Assembly (NCBI GenBank): GCA_018646705.1
Contig: JABGUG010000011.1
Span: 1 to 54,348 of the forward strand
Origin: Candidatus Parcubacteria bacterium
Lineage (GTDB): Bacteria; Patescibacteriota; Patescibacteriia; Magasanikbacterales; UBA922
Direction: 5' to 3'
DNA: 54,348 nt
Positions 38,743-45,982 of this stretch are shown in pieces. The position numbers and the translations under genes were made by a program. Positions within the stretch are counted from its first letter, which is position 1; every line of letters begins with the position of its first letter. The notes under the pieces were generated by a model, which was given only the letters and a program-made list of their open reading frames with translations, did not search any database and was not told the origin of the DNA.

Positions 38743-39207
38743 ATGAAAGAAAAAATGTCACGTGGTAAATTAATATTTCTTGTTGTATTTTTTGTTGCGG
38801 CTGGTTTCTTATTTATTTTTCAAAGAGTTTATTGGCCACACACTGTTGTTGAGCTAAAAGATCAGAAGTTGAACGTGCTTGTGGCTAAAAATATTTACCA
38901 ACAACAAAAAGGGCTTGGAGGACGTGAAAGTTTGGCTCCATATGATGGAATGCTTTTTCCTTATTCTCTGCTCGGGAAACCTACTATGGTTATGAGAGAT
39001 ATGGAGTTTTCAATTGACATTGTGTGGTTTTTGGATGGGGAAGTAGTAGATTTTGCCCCACAAGTTCCTACTGAACCGGGGAGGGCTGAATTTGAATATA
39101 TAAGATACTATCCTAGAACAGAGGCAAATTTGGTTCTAGAATTGCCAGGAGGGTGGGCAGATGAGCATAATCTAAGGATAGGGGACCGTATAGTTCATAG
39201 CCAGTAG
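38743..39207 (+). CDS. DUF192 family protein
   Basis: KGLGGRESL, DGMLF, MRDMEFSIDIVW, VLELPGG. Confidence 0.88.
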   Translation: MKEKMSRGKLIFLVVFFVAAGFLFIFQRVYWPHTVVELKDQKLNVLVAKNIYQQQKGLGGRESLAPYDGMLFPYSLLGKPTMVMRDMEFSIDIVWFLDGEVVDFAPQVPTEPGRAEFEYIRYYPRTEANLVLELPGGWADEHNLRIGDRIVHSQ

Positions 39208-39243
39208 TTCATAGCCAATACTATTGGCTAATGGCTATTGGCT
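39191..39243. repeat. Inverted TAGTTCA/TAGCCAA heptamer array, empty
   Basis: TAGTTCATAGCCAGTAGTTCATAGCCAATA / CTATTGGCTAATGGCTATTGGCT; supplies the DUF192 stop codon. Confidence 0.8.
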
Positions 39244-39250
39244 TGCGTGC

Positions 39251-39279
39251 TTGACAAAAAATACATACTTTGCTAAAAT
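39251..39279 (+). promoter_or_regulatory. sigma70 promoter of rplU
   Basis: TTGACA-17-TAAAAT with extended TG. Confidence 0.75.
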
Positions 39280-39320
39280 ATCCCCGTTTCCTATAATAAA
39301 AATATTAACTCTATATACAT

Positions 39321-39635
39321 ATGTTTGCAGTTATTGAAACTGGTGGAAAGCAATATCTCATCAAAACTGGCGATACACTAAAAGTTGAAAAGCTTGATGT
39401 GGAAGCTGGAAAAGAGGTTGTTTTCGATAAAGTACTTATGCTTGCCAAAGAAGATGGTTCTGATGTAAAAATTGGTAAACCATACCTCGAAGGTGTAAGT
39501 ATTGCTGCTACTGCTGAAGAGCAAGGTAGAAGCCGAAAGATTCGTGTAGTGAAGTTTAAACGTAAGGTGCGTTATAAACGTGTAATAGGGCATAGACAAG
39601 CCTTTACTAAGGTAAAAGTCAAAGAAGTAAAATAA
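39321..39635 (+). CDS. rplU: 50S ribosomal protein L21
   Basis: MFAVIETGGKQY, IGKPYLEG, GHRQAFT. Confidence 0.98.
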   Translation: MFAVIETGGKQYLIKTGDTLKVEKLDVEAGKEVVFDKVLMLAKEDGSDVKIGKPYLEGVSIAATAEEQGRSRKIRVVKFKRKVRYKRVIGHRQAFTKVKVKEVK

Positions 39636-39646
39636 ACATTTCAAAC

Positions 39647-39676
39647 AAAGACTCACCTTATCAGGTGAGTTTTTTT
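39647..39676 (+). terminator. rplU terminator
   Basis: ACTCACCT-TATC-AGGTGAGT followed by a T-run. Confidence 0.8.
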
Positions 39677-39711
39677 GTTGACATTTTTTTCATAATAAAA
39701 TAAGATGATAT

Positions 39712-39943
39712 GGTCGACTGGCTCTGGCGGATGCTGATAGAGGGTTAAAGTTGCTCTTCTAGGAGAGTTCCTGATATAGGGTTCGTTCTTAGGGGCTTGT
39801 AAAAGTTCTAGAGTGGTCGTCCGGCCGGCTTTGGATGTTGCGTCTAGCCTAAGATATTTCGGTATCACAGGTGTGCAGACGGATGTCCAAGGTCGGTCCT
39901 TCTCTCTCTATTTCCACCTCTTCTGGTTAAGAGGTGTTTTTTT
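39712..39943 (+). ncRNA. Candidate structured ncRNA A (~230 nt, two rod domains)
   Basis: Promoter TTGACA (39678)-17-TAAGAT (39701); 17-bp stem 39823-39839/39882-39898 with 6 G-U pairs; UUCG loop; terminator 39915-39943. Confidence 0.7.
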
Positions 39944-39992
39944 ATACACAGACTCTATTGACAACGAGGGTATTTTGAAGTATGCTGATGCG

Positions 39993-40432
39993 TCAGCTCA
40001 TTTTTAAACTAACCGTGGGTCTCCATACAAGTTGCTAGTGGATATCGTTGTTAAACGATGTCTTGATTGGGGAATCATAAAGCGCTAGTGCGTGGACTCA
40101 CGGTTTAGATACGCTAAGATGATCGACCGGGGTTTCTTCTCCCAGCCCTATCTTCTTTTGCCTTACATTGCCCCTCGCGGGGTCGTCACAGGCTGTTGCT
40201 CCCCACGAGCGAAAGAAGATTGCCATGACGGTGCCTGCCCCTTTTTCGGGGACCGCCGTTGTCCGGTAGGACGAGTCATCGATGCCGCGCAAGCGCTCAC
40301 AACGTCCAGGGTCTCCACCCGTTTTTCAATACCCCCGCCTGGAGACTTACGTTGTGACGCTTGTGCGGCACTTCCTCTCTGCCCATAAAATTTATGTATA
40401 GAGAAGAAAAATCCACCGTTATGGTGGATTTT
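39993..40432 (+). ncRNA. Candidate structured ncRNA B (~430 nt)
   Basis: Promoter TTGACA (39958)-17-TATGCT (39981); stems 40011-21/40095-105, 40150-61/40209-20, 40283-317/40340-70; ends at terminator 40408-40432. Confidence 0.65.
40408..40432. terminator. Bidirectional terminator
   Basis: AAAATCCACCG-TTA-TGGTGGATTTT abutting the recR stop. Confidence 0.8.
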
Positions 40433-41030
40433 AGTTTTGGGTTCTATTTTTTAGTGCACTTCCAAGTGTAATCTCATCTGCATATTGCAGATCGCTTCCC
40501 ATGGGTAGTCCACGTGCTAGACGTGTGACTTTTATTTCTGGCTTTAGTTTTTTGACTTGACGTTCGAGATACATCATTGTAGTTTCACCATTTAGATCTG
40601 GGTTGAGTGCGAGAATTATCTCATCAACTTTATTTTTTTGTATACGATTCATTAGCTCATTAATTTTTAGAAATCGTGCGATTCCTTCATCACCTGGCTT
40701 TAGTGTTCCGCGCAAGATGTGGTATTGCCCAGTATATTCACCAGTTTTTTCTATTGTTTCTCGATCTTGAGGTTGTGATACTACGCAAATTGTTTTTGGA
40801 TTTCGTTTTGGATCGTTGCAAAAATTGCATGGTGACGCATCAGAAAAATCCCAGCACACTTCACAACTTTTGATCTGGTCGATCATGTTTTTGAGTGCGA
40901 GGGTTATTTCAGCAGTGTCTTTCTTGCCACTACGCAATAGATAAAACACGAACCGTTCTGCGGTTCGTGGCCCCACCGTAGGGAGCTTTGAAAAAGCTTT
41001 TATTAGATTTTCTATTGGTTCTGCGTACAT
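40431..41030 (-). CDS. recR: Recombination mediator RecR
   Basis: LPTVGPRTAER, C4 zinc finger, Toprim, RLARGLPMGSDLQYADEITL. Confidence 0.97.
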   Translation of the reverse strand: MYAEPIENLIKAFSKLPTVGPRTAERFVFYLLRSGKKDTAEITLALKNMIDQIKSCEVCWDFSDASPCNFCNDPKRNPKTICVVSQPQDRETIEKTGEYTGQYHILRGTLKPGDEGIARFLKINELMNRIQKNKVDEIILALNPDLNGETTMMYLERQVKKLKPEIKVTRLARGLPMGSDLQYADEITLGSALKNRTQN

Positions 41031-41034
41031 ATAT

Positions 41035-41486
41035 TAGTTCATAGCCAATAGTTCATAGCCAATAGTGACCTAGTCTTTAGCGATACAGAGATTCCCTATA
41101 CCTATAGAGCATTCTAAGTACTTCATCCAATAGACTATCTAGCTTTGAACATTGGTTTGTAGTAATAAATTCAAGTTGTTTTGATATTATGATTTGTGTT
41201 TCAAGTTCTGTGGCAGACCCAAATGATATGTTTACAAATTGTGCATTCTCTTTTTTATTTTTTCTTGCATATCCTTCAGCAATGTTTGATGCAATGGATA
41301 CACTGCATCTCCTCATTTGACTTACAAGGCCAAATTTTTCTTCATTTGGAAATGTAGATGTCAATAAATATACTTCTTTAATTAAATTGATAGATTTTTG
41401 CCAAACTATCAAATCTTTGTAAGTTTCCATAAGATGTAATTAATAATAACCACACCCTATGAACTATTGGCTACTGGCTATGAACT
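41035..41486 (-). mobile_element. Four-helix-bundle cassette bounded by inverted TAGTTCA/TAGCCAA arrays, between ybaB and recR
   Basis: Arms 41035-41066 and 41457-41486 enclose a single small gene. Confidence 0.65.
41077..41430 (-). CDS. Four helix bundle protein (TIGR02436 / 23S rRNA IVP family)
   Basis: YKDLIVWQKS, FPNEEKFGLVSQMRRCSVSIASNIAEG, GSATELETQ. Confidence 0.95.
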   Translation of the reverse strand: METYKDLIVWQKSINLIKEVYLLTSTFPNEEKFGLVSQMRRCSVSIASNIAEGYARKNKKENAQFVNISFGSATELETQIIISKQLEFITTNQCSKLDSLLDEVLRMLYRYRESLYR

Positions 41487-41487
41487 C

Positions 41488-41784
41488 TTAAGACATTCCA
41501 GGTATATTTGGCATGCCACCCATTTCTTTCATCTTCATTGCCATGATACGTTGCATTTTTTTGAGGGCATCCTTGTGCGCATCTATAATTGCACTTTGTA
41601 ATTTTACTTTTTTGTCTGGACTCATGAGATCATCGTCAATGACGATGTCAGTTACTTCCAAGTTTCCATTCATGGTGAGTTCTACACCATTGGATTTTAC
41701 TGTGACACTTTCTCCCGCAAGAGCATCTTGCATTGTTTTTGCTTGGTCACGCATGTCTTTGAACTGTTTTAGTTTGTTGAACAT
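41488..41784 (-). CDS. ybaB: YbaB/EbfC nucleoid-associated protein
   Basis: QAKTMQDAL, VELTMNGNLEVTDIVID; next to recR. Confidence 0.9.
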   Translation of the reverse strand: MFNKLKQFKDMRDQAKTMQDALAGESVTVKSNGVELTMNGNLEVTDIVIDDDLMSPDKKVKLQSAIIDAHKDALKKMQRIMAMKMKEMGGMPNIPGMS

Positions 41785-41826
41785 ATTCTAAAGGTTTACT
41801 GCTTGTCTAGTGACAGGCTTTTATAA

Positions 41827-43272
41827 TTAAAATTTTGGAACGTTTTGTTTTTGTGGTTGAGCTTGTTCTGGGACTGGAGATTTTGGTAGAGGTGCTTCTA
41901 AGTTTGAATCTAGACTACGGAAACTCGCACGTTCAGCATCAAAGAATACTCTTACCACTCCTGTTGGACCGTTTCTGTGTTTTGCAATATGAATTTCACC
42001 AATACGTTGTTCATCTGGTGGAATGTCTTCTGGCCTATAATTTCTATCAGCAGATTTACGATAAATAAACATAACAACATCAGCATCTTGCTCAATACTA
42101 CCAGAATCTCGCAAATGTGACAACTTTGGAATAGCTGGTTTTGTTTGTTCTACAGCACGAGATAACTGGGACAAAGCAAGAACAGGAACATTGAGTTCAC
42201 GAGCAATACCTTTTAAGTTTCTACTCATCTCAGCAACTTCTTGTACACGATTGTCACTGTTTCTCTTGCTGTGTGAGTTCATGAGCTGCAAGTAGTCGAT
42301 GATAATCATATCAAGTCCGTGCTCAGCTTGAAGTCGGCGTGCTTTTGTTCGGATTTGCATTACATTACTATTTGCATTGTCATCTATAAATATTTTTGAT
42401 TCTGAAAGAACACCCATCGCATGTCCAATACGAGGAAAGTCATCACTGTTTGGATTGTCAGATAAGTTTCCTGTTCTCATCTTCCACAAGTCAATTCCTG
42501 CTTCAGCACAGAGTAGGCGATCTACCAGCTGTTCTTTACTCATCTCGAGTGAGAACAATCCAATAGACATCTTGCCCCTCACGGCAGCGTGTCGTGCAAA
42601 ATCAAGCGCAAGGGATGTCTTACCTACAGAAGGACGGGCTGCAATAATCACCAAGTCTGATTTTTGGAATCCTGCCAAAATATTGTCTAATTGTTTGAAA
42701 CCACTTGGGATTCCACGTAGCTTTCCTTTTTCTCTATGTAATTCATCAATACGTTCAAATGTTCCACTAAGTACATTTTTGATAGGCGTGAAACTTTGTT
42801 TCATGTGAGTTTGTGTCACACCAAAGATAGATTGCTGTGCTTCATCTAAAATCTGATCTACATTTTCTGCGCTTTCATTGTATCCAAGTTGTGAAATTTC
42901 ATGAGCAGATTGCAAAAGTCGTCGAAGAGTTGATTTGCGACGTACAATAGTTGCGTATTTTTTTATGTGTGACGATGTTGGAACTGAGTTTGATAGTTCT
43001 GCCAAATATGTTCTTCCGCCACTTTTTTCAAGTAATTTCTTTTCGTCCATTCTGTTTGACATGGTGAGTACGTCAATTGGTTCATTTTTGTTGTATAGCT
43101 CATGCATTGTCTCAAATATATTTTGATGAGCTTTTTTGTAAAAATCTTCTATATCAACACCGTCAGCAATCTTTATCATCGCATCTTTATCAAGCAAAAT
43201 AGACCCCAGAAGGGACTTTTCAGCCTCCAAGTTTTGTGGAGGTATCTTCTCTAATTCAGTAACATCAGGCAT
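41827..43272 (-). CDS. dnaB: Replicative DNA helicase DnaB
   Basis: PPQNLEAE, AARPSVGKT, IIDYLQL, LSQLSR, LRDSGSIEQDAD, KHRNGPTG. Confidence 0.98.
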   Translation of the reverse strand: MPDVTELEKIPPQNLEAEKSLLGSILLDKDAMIKIADGVDIEDFYKKAHQNIFETMHELYNKNEPIDVLTMSNRMDEKKLLEKSGGRTYLAELSNSVPTSSHIKKYATIVRRKSTLRRLLQSAHEISQLGYNESAENVDQILDEAQQSIFGVTQTHMKQSFTPIKNVLSGTFERIDELHREKGKLRGIPSGFKQLDNILAGFQKSDLVIIAARPSVGKTSLALDFARHAAVRGKMSIGLFSLEMSKEQLVDRLLCAEAGIDLWKMRTGNLSDNPNSDDFPRIGHAMGVLSESKIFIDDNANSNVMQIRTKARRLQAEHGLDMIIIDYLQLMNSHSKRNSDNRVQEVAEMSRNLKGIARELNVPVLALSQLSRAVEQTKPAIPKLSHLRDSGSIEQDADVVMFIYRKSADRNYRPEDIPPDEQRIGEIHIAKHRNGPTGVVRVFFDAERASFRSLDSNLEAPLPKSPVPEQAQPQKQNVPKF

Positions 43273-43314
43273 AACGTAGTTTGAAGATTTATGGAAGTTT
43301 AATTCTTTGAAACG

Positions 43315-43393
43315 TAGTTCATAGCCAGTAGTTCATAGCCAGTAGAATATTGAAATATATTCCTATGAACTATTGGCTATTGGCCATGAACTA
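43315..43393. repeat. Inverted TAGTTCA/TAGCCAR heptamer array, empty
   Basis: Arms 43315-43345 and 43363-43393 with a 17-nt spacer; near-identical to the arms of the 41035-41486 cassette. Confidence 0.85.
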
Positions 43394-43564
43394 GTTGCTG
43401 TATCTTACCTCACAACCCTCAAATGATCAACCCGTGTTTTTAGGTAATATGTGTGCAACATGTGGAGACTGTGTTGACAAAAGTGGATAATTTTGGTTGT
43501 ATAGTGTATAAGAAATAACCGTTCGAAGGGTCGAGCGGTTTACGTCCACGTTGAGGGGGAGTCA

Positions 43565-43885
43565 ATGAGCAGGAAGACTGGTCCGAAGAAGAAGTCAGGT
43601 CGCATTCGGTTCGCCGAAGCTGGGGCGAAAGGCACTGACGCTGGGATCGTGAATCGCATCATCGTCCCGAAAGATCACGAGGTCAGCTCTACGCAGGTCT
43701 GGAAGCTGGCGGTCCAGAACAAGGCCGCTGCCGGTGGGAAGATCCTCATCTCTGTCGGGGATGAGGAAGCGCGTCTCATCTCCCACGATGACCTGTCGGA
43801 CGATCTCTGGCTGAAGAAGAAGGCTGCTCGCGCTGCGAAGCGCGGGCGTTCCCGTTGGGCCCACATCGGGGTCACCACCTCCTAG
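43565..43885 (+). CDS. GC-rich hypothetical basic protein
   Basis: 106 aa, SD-like GAGGGGGAG at 43553-43561, GC-ending codons, upstream TTGACA and 5' hairpin. Confidence 0.65.
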   Translation: MSRKTGPKKKSGRIRFAEAGAKGTDAGIVNRIIVPKDHEVSSTQVWKLAVQNKAAAGGKILISVGDEEARLISHDDLSDDLWLKKKAARAAKRGRSRWAHIGVTTS

Positions 43886-44071
43886 ACAAGGGAGTACCGA
43901 CGATGAAGGCTTACCTTTGTTTCGGCCGGCGGATACCGCCCGGCATGGATCTCAGGGCGTGTACGAACCTCGTTCGCACCGCCCGCATTTTTACCAAGTT
44001 TTGGTAGAAGTGCGGGGAGGAAGATCATGTAGTTACATGGTGTGCGAGCGGGGTTTTATGTTATACTGATT

Positions 44072-44156
44072 TAGCCAAAAGCCAATAGTTCGGAGCCAAT
44101 AATGTGCAGTGTGTGGTTTGCATTTCTGTTGGCTATGAACTATTGGCTATGAACTA
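44072..44156. repeat. Inverted TAGTTCA/TAGCCAA array, empty
   Basis: TAGCCAAAAGCCAATAGTTCGGAGCCAATA / TGTTGGCTATGAACTATTGGCTATGAACTA. Confidence 0.8.
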
Positions 44157-44160
44157 CTAT

Positions 44161-45330
44161 ATGAAAATCTGTATTATCAACAATCTATATCCTCCATATG
44201 CTCGTGGTGGTGCGGAACAGGTAGTGAAGCGCACGGTCGAAGGACTTTTGAAAGAGGGAAATGAAGTGGTGCTTATTACCAGTACTCCAGATGAAGAAGG
44301 AGTGGAGGAGCAAAAGAATTTGAAGATTTACCGCACACGTCCGCGTAATATATTTTTTTATACTCAAGCACACAAGCATGATGCCTTTTCTCGATTTTTG
44401 TGGCATGTGATTGATATGTTTAATTTTTCTGTAAGCAAAGAAGTAAAGAGAATTTTGACATGGGAAAAACCAGATATCGTACACACGCATAATCTTATGG
44501 GGCTTAGTTTTCTTATTCCTAGTACTATTCGCTCACTTGGTATTCGTCATGTGCATACGGTACACGATGTGCAGCTTGTCGAACCTAGTGGCATAATCCT
44601 AAAGACAAAAGAAAATTCATTGCGCTATACAGGTGTATTAACACAAATGTATACATGGGTAATGAAAAAACTTCTTGGTTCGCCAGAAGTCGTAATTTCT
44701 CCATCACAGTTTTTACTTGATTTTTATAAGACACGTGGATTTTTTGAAAAATCAAACACAACTCTTTTGCGTAATCCACTTACTCTTACATTTGAAAGAT
44801 CAAAGTCTGAGCGAAAAGATAAAGAATTTAACTTTTTGTATCTAGGGCAAGTAGAAGAACACAAAGGTGTGTTCTTGCTTCTCGAAGCTTTCAAAAATAT
44901 TAAGAACACAAAATTACATATTGCGGGAGATGGTTCAAAGCTTGGTGATTTAAAAGAACTTACAAAAGAAAATAACAATGTCACTTATTACGGACGTGTA
45001 GAGCGAGATAAACTTCCAGAATTATTTAGTAATATGGATGTTACAGTTGTTCCATCACTTTGTTATGAAAATTCTCCAACTGTGATTTTTGAAAGTTTGT
45101 ATTTTGGTGTTCCAGTTCTTGCAAGTCGCATTGAAGGGATTGCTGAGCTTATTGAAGAAGGTGAAAATGGTTTTACATTTGAAGCAGGAGACACTATGTC
45201 TTTGCAAGAAAAATTAGAGTGGTGTGTAGAACACAGAATTGATATTGAAAAAATGAGTATAAAAATTCCGACCACTGGTGGATCGGAAGGGGAATACATT
45301 GGAAAACTTGTAGAGTTGTATAATGGTTAA
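44161..45330 (+). CDS. Glycosyltransferase, GT-B family 4
   Basis: YPPYARGGAE, PDIVHTHN, HTVHD, KGV, PSLCYENSPTVIFES. Confidence 0.93.
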   Translation: MKICIINNLYPPYARGGAEQVVKRTVEGLLKEGNEVVLITSTPDEEGVEEQKNLKIYRTRPRNIFFYTQAHKHDAFSRFLWHVIDMFNFSVSKEVKRILTWEKPDIVHTHNLMGLSFLIPSTIRSLGIRHVHTVHDVQLVEPSGIILKTKENSLRYTGVLTQMYTWVMKKLLGSPEVVISPSQFLLDFYKTRGFFEKSNTTLLRNPLTLTFERSKSERKDKEFNFLYLGQVEEHKGVFLLLEAFKNIKNTKLHIAGDGSKLGDLKELTKENNNVTYYGRVERDKLPELFSNMDVTVVPSLCYENSPTVIFESLYFGVPVLASRIEGIAELIEEGENGFTFEAGDTMSLQEKLEWCVEHRIDIEKMSIKIPTTGGSEGEYIGKLVELYNG

Positions 45331-45842
45331 AGATCTATCTGCCATTTCATTGTGGGCTTATTGTGTGGATTGAGTTTTGTTTTTACTATCTCTTGTAATA
45401 TACCTCCATTTCCTTTTATTATTTTTTGTGAAGCAATATTGTCATGATCACAGCTGATCATGACTTTTTTTAATCCAAAACGTTTAACGCGTTTAAGTGT
45501 AAGTGCGAGCATCTTTGTACCGTATCCTTTTTTGCGTTTACTAGGGCGAATGCTGTATCCAATGTGTCCACCATATTCTTTTAGATTCTTATTGAGTTTG
45601 TGGCGAAATGAGACACCGCCAATAAATTCATCGTTGTCTATCAACCAAAATGTTGAAGCAGGAACTATACCTTTAGCCAAGTTAATTCCATTCTCATAAT
45701 TTTGTACACGAGTTAAGTATGCTTTGAAATTTGTGCGTGCCAAGTCTCCATCAAAAATTCCCGCAGGACCTTTTTCAAGTTCATCAAGTGATTTGAGAAA
45801 GCTCTTTCTATATTTATATGTTGGTTTTATAAGTTTCAGCAT
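45327..45842 (-). CDS. GNAT family N-acetyltransferase
   Basis: GGHIGYSIRPSKRKKGYGT, NIASQKIIKGNGG. Confidence 0.9.
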   Translation of the reverse strand: MLKLIKPTYKYRKSFLKSLDELEKGPAGIFDGDLARTNFKAYLTRVQNYENGINLAKGIVPASTFWLIDNDEFIGGVSFRHKLNKNLKEYGGHIGYSIRPSKRKKGYGTKMLALTLKRVKRFGLKKVMISCDHDNIASQKIIKGNGGILQEIVKTKLNPHNKPTMKWQIDL

Positions 45843-45858
45843 ATTTATTATTTACAAA

Positions 45859-45957
45859 GCAACCCCTCCGCCCTTCGGGCACCTCCCCTTAGAAAGGGGA
45901 GGAATTATTGCAAATGAGTTCCTCCCCCAGATAAGGGGGAGGTTAGGAGGGGGTTGC
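45859..45957. repeat. GC-rich multi-hairpin REP-like element (CCTCCCC/GGGGAGG type)
   Basis: GCAACCCCTCC ... GGAGGGGGTTGC enclosing GCCC-TTCG-GGC and two CCTCCCC/GGGGAGG hairpins. Confidence 0.8.
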
Positions 45958-45982
45958 GTTGTGTAAAAAAGATCTAAGCACA

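Noticed and set aside
39653-40388. Short ORFs 39653-39868, 39813-40007, 40092-40388 and 40098-40292
   Set aside because: They cross promoters, terminators or long RNA stems and have no protein-like signature.
41077-41430. Four-helix gene as part of a diversity-generating retroelement
   Set aside because: No reverse transcriptase and no template/variable repeat pair seen in the window.
5455-43490. DnaA-box-like 9-mers (5455-5463 exact; near matches at ~32262-32279 and 43482-43490) as a replication origin
   Set aside because: Isolated and far apart, with no cluster or dnaA gene; at most local regulatory sites.
39191-44156. Heptamer arrays as CRISPR repeats
   Set aside because: Units are 7 nt, tandem and inverted, with no unique spacers and no cas genes.
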